Source of the DNA: Candidatus Marinacidobacterales bacterium
GTDB taxonomy: Bacteria; Acidobacteriota; Vicinamibacteria; Marinacidobacterales; DATDRI01
Length of the DNA stretch: 64,000 nt
Direction of reading: 5' to 3'
Assembly: GCA_965219415.1 (NCBI GenBank)
Contig: CBDCNP010000002.1
Coordinates: 5,056,001-5,120,000 of the forward strand
The notes beneath the pieces are model-generated. The model was not told the origin of the DNA, did no database searches, and saw only the letters and a program-made list of their open reading frames with translations. Shown here one piece after another: positions 51,367-62,066 of this stretch. A program made the translations under genes and the position numbers. Every line of letters starts with the position of its first letter. The first letter of the stretch is position 1.

Positions 51367-53025
51367 ATGAGTATTCTTTCGATCCTTCCACTCGCCATCT
51401 TTCTGTCCGGTTCGGCAACACCTCGGATCGAGCCGGAGCTGCTGGGAGGCTGCATTTTGACCGCACCCCTGGGCGAAGTTCCTGATGATCTGTATCAAGA
51501 AAGCGGCGTTGTCGCGACCGACGCCTACGGCCCCTTCACGAAAAAGCTCACCGTGTACGGCATCACTTTGATCGCGCGCGGCGATGCCTCGGACGCCTTC
51601 CTGAAGAGAGTGGCCGAGACCATCAAGGAAACTTTCCCACAGGACGAGAGAATGGGCCTCGCGCTCCAAGAAGAGCTCATCAAAAACCTGTACCGGTACA
51701 AAACAACCATTCCCGTTCCCAAGGGTCGGGACATGAGCTTCATCGAGCCAGACGAGACGACATGGCAACGCGTCGAAAGCAAAAACTCTATCTGCGACAT
51801 CATTATGGAATTGGGGAGCGTGCCCGGTCAGGTGATGGAGGTCGTGGAGCACATTCTGCATTTCGTGAGCGACATTGGCCTTCACTACACGTTCCCGAAG
51901 GAGTGGGGAATCTCGAAGGAATCGAAGCTCTGGCAGGCGATGCAAGAAGCGGTGGAGAAAGGTTACTACGACATCTCGTCCTACGCCGACATCGACGACG
52001 AGAAGGTTCGCGACCGGGTAACGCTCCAAGAGTTTGCCTACTGGTTCATCTCCACAGCATGGAACCTGCAGGAGCCCTATGGACCGAAGGGCGAGGAGGA
52101 ATGGACCATCAAGGATGCCTCCGACCTGCAAGCCAAGCTGCCCGACTTCTACGAAGTCTATGAGCAAACGGCGCGAAAGGTCATGGTGGCGCCGAGCCTC
52201 GCGACGCTCGAGAAATTCGGTCCCAAGACGTCGGACGTGGAAACACTAGGCTACAACATCGTCCTTGCGGGCAAAGTGAAAGACGCCACCGAGCTCATCG
52301 GATTCAACACTTCCGACAACAGGAGCGAGCAGCTGACTTCCTCGGTGGGTTTCGCGGGTTTTCCGGTGTGGTCCCCCCAGGGCAACCGAATCGCCTTTCT
52401 CGCCAAGAAGGAGGGCGGCCTGGATCTAGTCGTGATGGACACCGACACCAAGAACATTTCCGTGCTCGTTCCCGACATCCGTGACCCGGCAGACTGGGGC
52501 CCGCAGGGCAGGCGCATGCTCGTCACCAAGCCTCTCGACGGCGGTGAGCGCGGCCTTTTCATCGTCAATCTAGCCGACGGGGCAGAAAAACGCGTTGAGA
52601 CCGGCAGCTCGTCGGACGCCTATGCCAGATGGTCGAGATCGGGTGACGCCATCACGTACGAGTCGAGCCGCGACGGAAACCCGGAGATCTACCGCACCGA
52701 GCTCGAGTCCGGAAAAACGACCCGCCTTACCAAGAATCCCAGCCTCGACGAATGGCCCTCACCGTCACCCAGCGGCAGGCGCATCGCCTGGGCCTCGGGA
52801 AGCGAGGAGGAAAAGGACCTTTGGATCATGCAGGCCGACGGCTCGGACAAGAAGCAGCTCACCCAGGGAATGTTGTTCGGAGACGGGTTTCCCGCGTGGT
52901 CGCCCAATGACAAGCAGATCATGTTGACGGTGCAAGAAAACGACGCATCCGTCCTGAAGCTCATCAACGTCGAGACCGGACAAGCAACCCACATCGCCGA
53001 GGGCTCCCAACCTTCCTGGCGTTGA
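51367..53025 (+). CDS. Secreted protein with C-terminal TolB-like (PD40) beta-propeller
   Basis: Signal peptide; repeated P.WSP.G motifs; EHILH possible metal-binding site in the N-terminal domain. Confidence 0.75.
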   Translation: MSILSILPLAIFLSGSATPRIEPELLGGCILTAPLGEVPDDLYQESGVVATDAYGPFTKKLTVYGITLIARGDASDAFLKRVAETIKETFPQDERMGLALQEELIKNLYRYKTTIPVPKGRDMSFIEPDETTWQRVESKNSICDIIMELGSVPGQVMEVVEHILHFVSDIGLHYTFPKEWGISKESKLWQAMQEAVEKGYYDISSYADIDDEKVRDRVTLQEFAYWFISTAWNLQEPYGPKGEEEWTIKDASDLQAKLPDFYEVYEQTARKVMVAPSLATLEKFGPKTSDVETLGYNIVLAGKVKDATELIGFNTSDNRSEQLTSSVGFAGFPVWSPQGNRIAFLAKKEGGLDLVVMDTDTKNISVLVPDIRDPADWGPQGRRMLVTKPLDGGERGLFIVNLADGAEKRVETGSSSDAYARWSRSGDAITYESSRDGNPEIYRTELESGKTTRLTKNPSLDEWPSPSPSGRRIAWASGSEEEKDLWIMQADGSDKKQLTQGMLFGDGFPAWSPNDKQIMLTVQENDASVLKLINVETGQATHIAEGSQPSWR

Positions 53026-53416
53026 GCGAGCCGATCGTGACTGCGTCCTGTGCCAAAACTCGGCCCTCTTGAAATAGCCGATAAATCAGCAGCTTAGCGT
53101 CTATGTTTTGCGATGGTGCCAAGGGCCGTGGGCTTTACAATCGTCTGGCCCGAGGGTGTTATCTTCGGATCCATCATGACGTACCATGTGCAATTCCTAC
53201 TGTTGGTCAGGCAGCCGTTGTTCGATCGGGCAGCCCTGCTGCTCACACAGACCTCAAGGGTGCTTCCGCCATTAAGTGTTGGTAAAATGACACTAAGACT
53301 TTACGGTGCATTAAATTACAGCCATGGTCTTTCAAAAGGGCCGAGTTTTGGCACAGGACGGGTTCCGATTGTACTTAGCCTTTCCCCTCGTGTCCAAAAG
53401 GATGCGTCCCTAAGGC

Positions 53417-53726
53417 TGTCCTGTACCAAAACTCGGCCCTTTTGAAATAGACCATAAATCAGCAGCTTAGCGACTGGGCCAAGGGCCCCCTAGGCTTTAC
53501 AGTTACCCAAACCCGCGGTCGACCTTCGAGAGCCGCGGCCGTTTCACCGGACGGCAGAGGACGGCGAACTGCTGCCGAAGAGCGACATTGTCGAGAGCCA
53601 GCTCGCGATGAGCCTTGAAGGCGAAGATGAGAGCGGGAACCAACGACGAAATCATGCCGACATGGTGCCGACAGACCGGAGACTAATCAAGTTCGGGGCA
53701 CCCGGATGAAATAAATAGAAGGCACA
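53417..53726 (-). mobile_element. Hybrid B/A-ended MITE (inverted copy of 62067-62373)
   Basis: Colinear with 62067-62373 from end to end. Confidence 0.85.
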
Positions 53727-53977
53727 CCACGTTGTCCCTTCCATTTAATCGATACGAATGGCGTCGTGTCCAAAAACACAAACGAACTCAAGACCCACGC
53801 GCCGGGACGTTTCGGAATCATAGGTAGGTCCTGGGGTTCCCGGCTCCCGTCCTGTCCAAAAACACAAACGAACTTGAGATCCGCGTGCCGGGCCGTTTCG
53901 GATTAGAGGTGTCTAGGCTTGGTTGGCCATGGAAGCTAGAATCCTCGGTCATGAGGATGCCTATTGGTCGTCGCCCT

Positions 53978-54143
53978 GGTGCTTCCGTCATCAAGTGTTG
54001 GTGAGATGACGCTAAGACTTTAAGGTGCATTAAGTTACAGCCAAAATAGTGCTCGTGACCTTCGCTGCGCGCTAAATGGAGCGTAAGCGCCTATTTTGCA
54101 AGGGGATACATACATATTACCAACACTTAATGGCGGAAGCACC
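53978..54143. mobile_element. 166-bp IS1-like MITE
   Basis: Near-perfect IRs; homologous to the copies at 32766 and 39231. Confidence 0.82.
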
Positions 54144-54585
54144 GGGCTTTGCTGACCACGGCTTGGTTGGTGGTCGATTCGATAATCGGCGACACATCGC
54201 CACCGTGGGTTCGAGCCCGGTACTCCGCTTCGATACGCAGCCCGTCAAAGGCATAGCCGACGCTCAGACCGCCTGTGAATCCGTAGCCCGGCGAGAAGCC
54301 GTTCGAGGAGAGTGCACGCGGCGTCGTGTCCATGCATTCTGGATCACTACTTGGTGCTAGGGCCGGACTGGCATAGAGCAGCTTGTCGCACTTCGTCGGG
54401 TTCGTTACCGCAGAGACGGACGAGTCCAGCCGCGCGGAGTTCGTGAGACCGACGTTGAGGCCGACATAGACACCGCGCCGGCTCTCCTGAGCGCTGGCCG
54501 TGCCGACGAACAGGTACGTGAGCATCGCTGCGACGGCAACCGTGCGGTGTGCGTGACGATTCCCCGTTTGAGAGAAGTTGTGCAT
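54144..54585 (-). pseudogene. Outer-membrane beta-barrel protein, 3'-truncated by a MITE
   Basis: Signal peptide, GVYVGLNVG, SVGYAFDGLRIEAEY; ORF runs into the IR at 54143. Confidence 0.65.
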
Positions 54586-54856
54586 GAGAGGAATTCTATA
54601 TCCGAGGGTGGGTGGTTGTGCAACGCACGCGGATGAATAAATAGAATGCACAGGACTTTCCTCTCATCCGAAACCGTTCGGCGCGACGGGACGTTTCGGA
54701 TGCCTGCGATGGTCGGCCGCTTCTGGCCGGGTTTCTTTTTTGCGGATCACAGCCAACTATAATTAATGATGAAGGACACGCAACCGACCTCGCATCGCCC
54801 AACAGGGACTGCAACCTGCTGACCCGCCGGGCCTTTGAGTATTTTGACCAGACGCC

Positions 54857-55207
54857 ATGCGCGCCTCGCGGCTGCCGGCCGTGAAGACGCTGGCGCAGTT
54901 CGACTTCACCTTCCAGCCCAGTATCAAGCGGGAGCAGATCGAGAGCCTGCACGAGCTCGGTTTCCTCGAGCGTGCCGAGAACGTCATCCTGCTAGGGCCG
55001 CCCGGCGTGGGCAAGACGCACCTGGCCATCAGCCTGGCCGTTGCGGCCGCCGAGGTGGGCCGCCGCGTCTACTACGGCACGTTAGCCAGGTTGATCGACT
55101 CGCTCACCGAAGCCAAGGCTGCGGGCAACCTCTCCCGGCGCCTGCGAGTGCTGACACATCCGGCGCTGCTCGTGGTGGACGAGATCGGCTACCTCCCGGT
55201 CAGGTAG
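54857..55207 (+). pseudogene. IstB fragment of a second IS21
   Basis: KTLAQFDF, GPPGVGKTHLA, VDEIGY; starts at the D terminus at 54854. Confidence 0.8.
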
Positions 55208-55563
55208 AGAGACAATCATGGAAATCCTGAAGCTGGAGAACGAAATTAAGAACATCACTCCACATTTTCAACCAGCCACACTGCCTTCTGATTTGACTGA
55301 AACCTAGTTCCGCCCTATAGTCCAACCTGCCAAACGAACCAGCGTGTGCCCATCTACGTCGGGTCGCCCGCTGAATAAAACACCCTCTCCATGGGGAATA
55401 GGTGGGAAACCTGCAAGTACGCATGCTGGTTTGTTTGGCGACTGGCCCGATGACCAATTTAGGGCGTCGGGAAGAAGCCAAAAGGAGCACCCAATGCCCA
55501 TGCCCGCCGAAAGTGACAACCGATACACATATACGCCGAAGAACAAGTGGTGAGGGCCAATCC

Positions 55564-55785
55564 ATGGGGACGAATACTCAAAACGCAGAACCCAAAGAGC
55601 CCACCTGGACGGAGAAGCTCGGTATCAAGAACAAGAGGACACGGAAGCTCATGGAGGCCGGCGGTGAGGGCCTAAGCCTTATCCTCCTGTTATACCTAGC
55701 TGGCTATGCGTTCGTTATTCTTTTCTCCATTGCGCTCCTGGGCGGCTGTATGGTTCTTTTCCTAACGATGGCTCTATCAATATAG
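55564..55785 (+). CDS. Small membrane protein
   Basis: EPTWTEKLGIK followed by a hydrophobic C-terminus; paralogue immediately downstream. Confidence 0.55.
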   Translation: MGTNTQNAEPKEPTWTEKLGIKNKRTRKLMEAGGEGLSLILLLYLAGYAFVILFSIALLGGCMVLFLTMALSI

Positions 55786-55811
55786 CTCTATGAGCTAACA
55801 GGGAGGGGCAG

Positions 55812-56064
55812 ATGACAGACAAACAAGAGAACGCTGGGCAGCATGTTGCAGACCCACAGCCGGAGCCGTCACACAGAGAACCGACGTTGCTGGAGAAGCT
55901 CGGCGTCAAAGAAGGCAGTACAGCACAGGGTCTTGTGGAAATTGTTGGCGAGAGCCTTCGGTGTTGGTATCTTGGTAGCCCTCGGGCTCATGGCGATCTT
56001 TGTTCTCATCGCTCTCGGCTTCATTGGAGGCTGTGTGGTCTTTCTGTCCAAGGCGGGTTCATAG
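55812..56064 (+). pseudogene. Paralogous small membrane protein, frameshifted
   Basis: EPTLLEKLGVK in one frame; the IAL..IGGC TM tail in the next frame. Confidence 0.5.
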
Positions 56065-56391
56065 CGATCACTGCCAACCCGTATGGTGCAAATGGTACGT
56101 CGAACTCGACGTCGGCCCGTGGAGGGTCGATGACGGAATCTGCGCGAAGCGAGGATTCTATGGGCGGTGCTTCCGCAATCAAGTGTTGGTGGCTGCCGCG
56201 TAACCCGCTCGTGTGCTAGAGTTTGAGCCTGATTTCGAGAGACGCAGTTCTTTCGGCGATGCGGATTGGGCTGACCACACGGTGCCTGACGTTCAGGGAC
56301 ACCTTCGTGTGCACGCCGACATCATTGTTAATGGCGTTCGCCGACACAGGCAGGCCAGCTGACACTAGCATTCAAACACGGCGTAGCAACA

Positions 56392-57834
56392 TATCTGGAC
56401 TCCTCTAGTCAAGCCCCTTTCTTTCTAGTCACGCCCCTTTCTTAATAAATCTTCCATCGAAGCTGCGCATCCATCGCGTCGTGACGAGTGGGTCAGACTG
56501 CAAACGTATCTTCGGCCTCAGTGAGGAGCGTCTTGGGTGCTCCGGGCCATGATGGAAAATCCGCGCGCGAGGAGCCAATCACTTTGAACGACCTCTTAGG
56601 GCCAGTGTTGCTATTGGCTTGACCCCGCGCCGGTCCGACCGGTACGCCATCAGTTGGATGGGTATCGTCGCAGCCTCTTTTGGAAGGGAAAAAGGAAAAC
56701 ACGAAAGTGGAGCCTCTAAATCTAAGCGGCCACCGGCGACTGGAATTCACTCTCGCGGGTGGAGACGGCCCAGACGATCCGGGCGAGTTTGTTGGCGACA
56801 GCAATCACGGCCTTGTTGTGTCCCCGCGAGCGGTGGACCTTCCGAGCCCAGGCGCGGAGCTTGTCGGGCGGGCTCTTGCTGACGTTCGCCGCGCGGAGCA
56901 CGGCGCGCCCGCCCTGGGTGAGGAGCATACGGAGGTAGGAGTCGCCACGCTTGGTGATGCGTCCGAGGCGGCGAATGTCGCCACTGGAGTTTTCCTTGGG
57001 AACTAGGCCGAGGTAGCTCGAGAAGCGGCGCCCCGATGGGAAGCGGCGAAGATCGCCGACGAAGCCCACGATGGCGGTCGCGGCCAGAAGTCCGATGCCG
57101 GGAATGGCGAGAAGTCGTTGGACTTCAGGAAGCTGCTTGGTGAGCGCCTTGAGCTCGTGCTCGATGCTAGCGCACTTGTCCTTGAGTTCTCGAATCTCGG
57201 AGCAGGCATCACGGAGATGCGAACGGAGCACGTCGGGCAAATCAGAATCAGCGTCTTCGACGAGTTCGAAGAGGGCGGGCACGACGAAGTGAGCGCCCTT
57301 TGGGATGATGAATCCGAGTTCGCGCAGGAGCCCGCGTACGGCATTGATGCGTGCGGTCCGTGTGGAGAGCCATCCTGAGCGCAGGCGATGGAGCGCAGCG
57401 AGGGTGTGCTGGTGCACGGACTTGATGGGTACGGGAAGAAGCTCCTCGTTCCTGTAGGCCTCGAGCAACGCCTTCGTGTCGGCGCGGTCGTTCTTGCTCC
57501 CGCGTCGATACGGCCTCACGAGGTGAGGTGGGAGCAGGACGACGTCGTGTCCCAACCTTCGGAACGTCCTTGCCCAGAAGTGAGCCGAGCCGCAGGCTTC
57601 GAGAAGCACGGTGGCAGCGCTCTGTTTGGCAAAGAACGACACCAATTTGGGTCGACTCACACGGAGTTGCTTGGACACCTTCCCCGCTTCTCCCGAGATG
57701 GCAATCTCGAAGACGTTCTTTGCAAGATCCACAGCGATTGTCGTATCTTTCATTTGGACTCCTCCTTTTCGATGCGTATTCGACTGACTTTGGCACATCG
57801 ATGCCGTCTATGTCAGTGGAGGAGTCCATTCCAT
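56392..57834 (-). mobile_element. IS110 family (IS1111 type), copy 4
   Basis: 1443 bp; one substitution noticed just upstream of the ATG. Confidence 0.93.
56722..57753 (-). CDS. IS110 transposase/bridge recombinase
   Basis: Same protein as the other copies. Confidence 0.93.
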   Translation of the reverse strand: MKDTTIAVDLAKNVFEIAISGEAGKVSKQLRVSRPKLVSFFAKQSAATVLLEACGSAHFWARTFRRLGHDVVLLPPHLVRPYRRGSKNDRADTKALLEAYRNEELLPVPIKSVHQHTLAALHRLRSGWLSTRTARINAVRGLLRELGFIIPKGAHFVVPALFELVEDADSDLPDVLRSHLRDACSEIRELKDKCASIEHELKALTKQLPEVQRLLAIPGIGLLAATAIVGFVGDLRRFPSGRRFSSYLGLVPKENSSGDIRRLGRITKRGDSYLRMLLTQGGRAVLRAANVSKSPPDKLRAWARKVHRSRGHNKAVIAVANKLARIVWAVSTRESEFQSPVAA

Positions 57835-58010
57835 CACTTGATGGCGGAAGCACCGGTCTATTTCAAAAGGGCCGAGTTTTGGCACAGGACGGGGTCGTCA
57901 CCATGCAGATTGACCACCTAGTCGAGAGCGAATATCCAAGCGTGTTCCTGAAGCTGTTTTCACGCTACGCCGAGCGGGCCCACCGAGGGGCTACCGTCGC
58001 CAGCGACCAT

Positions 58011-59077
58011 CTACGCGGCACGGCAGTAGTAGTTGAGAATGCCCCCAAGTCGCTCTCGCGACACGATGGGGACAGCGCTATTCGCGCTTGCCGGCAGAGG
58101 TGTGAGGAGCTCGTTGCCGAGACCTTGGTGGTTCCGTTCTGTGTGATAGTGCACTACGTATTCGGTTACCGCTGTGCGCAGGTGTCGCTCACTGAGAGGT
58201 ACGAAGCGGTCGAGACACTCTCGACGTATGGAGAGAACGAATCTTTCCGCGTATGCGTTCAGATTCGGACTGTTCGCTGGAAGGCGGAGGGGCTTCACAC
58301 CTGAATCTCTCAAGAGCCCACGTACCGCCTCGGTGAATAGCGGGTCCCGGTCGTGGATGAGGTACCGCTTGCCAAGGAGGAAACCATCCCACAGGTCCGT
58401 GAGGTTTCTTGCCGCCTGCTTCATCCACTCCCCCGTTTGGGTCCGAGGTCATCCCACCGATGCACACGCAGCGAGTGGCGATATCGATGACAAACAGGAC
58501 ATGGTAGCGGACGAGCCCGAACGGGTTCACCACCTCGACGGTGAACAGGTCTGTCGCAGCGATAGCGCCCCAATGAGCCTTAAGTGCTCCACGACATGCT
58601 CTTGCCCCGCTCCGGAGCCGGCGCGATACCGTGCTCGGCGAGGAGCCTCTTGATGGTGTTGCGTCCGAGTTCATGTCCGAGGTTCTTGAGTGCACCCCGC
58701 AGGCGCGTATATCCCCACGTCGGGTTCTCCTGCGCCACGCGCACAATGAGCTCACGGATGTCCTTCGCCGTCGGAGGTCGGCCTGGGCTCCGGTTCTTGC
58801 TGCCATCGTACTTGGCTGCGATGAGGCAGCGGTACCAGCGCAGGAGCGTAGCGGGTGTGGCAACCGACGCAATCTGGGCCAGCGCCTCGCGGCCTAAAGC
58901 TTGGGCCTTGACGGCGAGCCTGCGCCGCTCGTCGTCCGAGAGACTGAGACGCTTGCCCCGAAGCCCGGCTCGGAGCACACGGTTCTCCTCTTGCTGGTAG
59001 TCGATCACATCCTGCTGCTGGCGGTTGACCCAGCCAGCTAGAACGAGCAGTAGGAATTGCACGTGGTACGTCATCAT
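58011..59077 (-). pseudogene. rve transposase of the A-end element, frameshifted (element about 57892-59205)
   Basis: [51 protein letters not shown] spread over three frames; A terminus upstream. Confidence 0.82.
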
Positions 59078-59279
59078 GGAGCTGAAGATAACACCCTCAG
59101 GCCAGACGATTGTAAAGCCTACGGCCCTTGGCCCCGGCGCAAACACAGACACTAAGCTGCTGATTTATGGCCTATTTCAAAAGGGCCGAGTTTTGGCACA
59201 GGACGGGGACACATCTATTGAATCTGTCATGTGCTACTCGTGACACTTCCCTGATCGGAAGCACCCGGCTTCCCATGGC

Positions 59280-61808
59280 TCATGCCTTCACAGTATACGG
59301 ATCGGCTTCGCCCCACACTCGCCCGACGGCCGCGCCGGTCTTCTTCTCGAAACGCTCGATCAACTCGTGATTGCTCTCGACAAGGGCTTGCTCGGCTTTG
59401 ATCTCCGCCACTATTTTTTTCTGCGTTTTGAGGGACGGTAGAGGCAACTTTGCCTCATTCAGACTGCGAATGGGCAATTGCGGCTGTGCTGCACCTGATG
59501 TTATTGCGCCGAGCTGGTCCTTAAAATTCTGAGATTGAAAGAATTGAAAAAGATATTCTCCAGACAGCTCATCCTCTGCAGGTCTGAAAATGAGCATCCC
59601 AGAATTGATCCTCATAGAGTCAAACGGAACAGAGTAATTGTAAAAGCCTGTGTTCCCAATAGTTCCACGTGTCGTAAGGACGGTATCTTCACGACGGAGC
59701 TTGCCCTTTTTCAAAGCCGCGTCTTTTTCTCTCGTTATAAATTCCACCTTCTCGAAGTTGAAGCCATTTGGTCGGACATTTTTTGTGTTCAGAAAGACAC
59801 AGTAACCATCTGCTGAAAAGTCCTCCTTCTTCGGATAGTTCACTCCTCTGTCTCCGTCGATGATCTCGAAAGGAGCTTCTGCAAAGGTCGGCATCGGCCA
59901 AGCGGGTTCGATGGGAATATGCGGCCTATAATTGTCGACGACGGCGCGGGCGCCGTCGATGACCTTCTGGTAACCCTCGATCTCGGCGACGATCTCCTTC
60001 TGCACCTCCAGCGGCGGCAGGGGAATTTCCAAGTTAGTGAAAGACTTCCAACCGATTCGCGGAAGTTGAGCACCCGTGAGCAGACTCAGAACGGCTTTGT
60101 TGAAGCGAGCGCTTCTGAACATGTGAGCATACAACACTGGCAAGACTCGGCCATCTGACGGACGAACAACGAATATATCGGTCGAGCAAATGCCTTCTTG
60201 ATCTGCGAACCAGACTTTATTTAGGTTTGGGCGTAGCTTACCATAGAGAATGTCACCAAGTTGAAATCTGTTCTTCAGGCTCTTGATCTCAGCAGGGTCT
60301 TCAGCCACTACGTTTCCTATTAATTTACCACTTGTCTGGGTGATGTTTTGAAGGCTGACGTAAGTAACAGGCCCAGGCAATGATTTCGGGAGAACCGTCT
60401 CATCCGACTTCTTGAACACATCCCTGATCGGAACCATCGGCCAAACGCTGCTCGTCGTCTGACTTTCCCGATACCGCTCCCCACTTAGGTTGTATTCACC
60501 GTTCGCCGCAATCTTCCCCTTTGCGACGATCAATCCCAGCTTCGGCTGGAAGTCGTCCACCGGTTCCTGCGCTCGTAGCCGTTGCAAGTAACCGACGATC
60601 TCTTCACGCGCCAGCGGCAGGTCGTTCTTGTCGATCGGTCGCCGCTGAGCGCCTAGGTCGAAGCCGTCGTTTTCGACCTTCAAGAAGGCGATGCGATCCG
60701 TCTTCTTCGCAAGCGACTTGTCGAGGATGAGAATCGATGTCTTGACGCCCGAATAGGGGTTGAACACGCCTGCCGGCAGAGAAATGACGGCGACCAGGTA
60801 CTCCTCTACCAGCATCTTACGAAGCCGTTTGTAGGCGTTCTGGCTCTGGAAGATGATCCCCTCGGGCACGATGATGCCGGCCCGGCCGGAAGGCATCAGA
60901 TGTTCGGCCATATAGTCCACGAACAGCACCTCACTCCGCTTGGACTGCACTGAGAAGCGGTTGTGGGGCCGGATGCCACCCTTCGGCGACATGAACGGCG
61001 GATTGGCGAGAATCACGTCGGCATACTCATCCCAACGCTCCTCGCTGGTCAGCGTGTCGTATTCGAAGATATGCGGGTCGGCAAAGCCGTGCAGGTACAT
61101 GTTCACGAGCGACAGGCGCACCATATCGGGCGAAATGTCGTAGCCCTTGCAGTTTGCCGCTAGCTGCCCTTTGTCATCCGGCGTTAGCGTGATGTCGCCT
61201 TGAGCGTCAGTGTTAGCTGCAAGAATGTACTTGTAGGATGAAATCAGAAACCCCGCAGTGCCGCATGCAGGGTCTATCACCGTCTCGCCTTTTTTCGGCG
61301 CGATGATGGCGACAATGAAGTCAATGATGTGGCGTGGCGTGCGGAACTGCCCGGCGTCTCCCTGTGAGCCGAGGACGGAAAGCAGATACTCAAAGGCGTC
61401 GCCTAGACGCTCGGAGTGATCGTAGGTGAACTCGTCGACGACCTTGAGGAAAGCGCGTAGGGTCTCGGGGTCGCGATAAGGCAGGTAGGCGTTGTTGAAG
61501 ATATCGCGAAATAAAGGTGGAATGCCAGGATTCTCAGGCATCTTGGTGATGGCCTCGGCGTAGAGGTTCAAGGTCTCATGGCCGCCGAGGCCGGCGCGCA
61601 TCAGTTTGGCCCATCCATAGCGGGCGAACTCGTCGGCGAAGAAGCTGCGCTTCCCGCCGAGCTCCTCGCTCTCGGCGTCCATGTCGTCCATGAACTTGTA
61701 AATGAGCGCGATAGTGATCTGCTCGACTTGGCTCTTGGGGTCTGGAACCTTACCGACCAGGATGTCGCGGGCTGTGTCGATGCGGCGCTTGGTGTTGGAA
61801 TCCAGCAT
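59280..61808 (-). CDS. N6-adenine methyltransferase fused to two specificity domains (HsdM-HsdS fusion)
   Basis: GQFRTPRH, DPACGTAGF, ANPPF, then two TRD repeats ending IPLPPLEVQKEIV and LPLPSLKTQKKIV. Confidence 0.88.
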   Translation of the reverse strand: MLDSNTKRRIDTARDILVGKVPDPKSQVEQITIALIYKFMDDMDAESEELGGKRSFFADEFARYGWAKLMRAGLGGHETLNLYAEAITKMPENPGIPPLFRDIFNNAYLPYRDPETLRAFLKVVDEFTYDHSERLGDAFEYLLSVLGSQGDAGQFRTPRHIIDFIVAIIAPKKGETVIDPACGTAGFLISSYKYILAANTDAQGDITLTPDDKGQLAANCKGYDISPDMVRLSLVNMYLHGFADPHIFEYDTLTSEERWDEYADVILANPPFMSPKGGIRPHNRFSVQSKRSEVLFVDYMAEHLMPSGRAGIIVPEGIIFQSQNAYKRLRKMLVEEYLVAVISLPAGVFNPYSGVKTSILILDKSLAKKTDRIAFLKVENDGFDLGAQRRPIDKNDLPLAREEIVGYLQRLRAQEPVDDFQPKLGLIVAKGKIAANGEYNLSGERYRESQTTSSVWPMVPIRDVFKKSDETVLPKSLPGPVTYVSLQNITQTSGKLIGNVVAEDPAEIKSLKNRFQLGDILYGKLRPNLNKVWFADQEGICSTDIFVVRPSDGRVLPVLYAHMFRSARFNKAVLSLLTGAQLPRIGWKSFTNLEIPLPPLEVQKEIVAEIEGYQKVIDGARAVVDNYRPHIPIEPAWPMPTFAEAPFEIIDGDRGVNYPKKEDFSADGYCVFLNTKNVRPNGFNFEKVEFITREKDAALKKGKLRREDTVLTTRGTIGNTGFYNYSVPFDSMRINSGMLIFRPAEDELSGEYLFQFFQSQNFKDQLGAITSGAAQPQLPIRSLNEAKLPLPSLKTQKKIVAEIKAEQALVESNHELIERFEKKTGAAVGRVWGEADPYTVKA

Positions 61809-61816
61809 GGCAGAGT

Positions 61817-62066
61817 CTACGGTACGAACTGGTTCAAGGAAACGTAGTCCTTGACGTATTCTGGAATGAGATTGCGGTATTTGTCCGGCACGGCACGGAA
61901 GTCGCCGGTGGAAAAGGACGGGTTGGTAGCGAGCTCGGCGAAACGTTTACCATCGATGATGTCGCGTACTTGGTTACTGGTGGCATAGGCTTTGAAATAG
62001 TTCTTGATCGCCAGGATGACATCCGCTTCGTCGGGTTTGCAATCGGCTACGAACTTCGCAAACTCC
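61817..62066 (-). pseudogene. C-terminal remnant of the upstream, probably HsdR-like, gene
   Basis: Open frame ending YVKDYVSLNQFVP* 8 bp before the MTase ATG; cut exactly at the B terminus at 62067; HsdR identity inferred from position. Confidence 0.6.

Larger units (their letters stand above)
56166..57854 (+). mobile_element. IS1-like MITE with IS110 in its right IR
   Basis: Diverged sister of 16220-17908. Confidence 0.8.
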
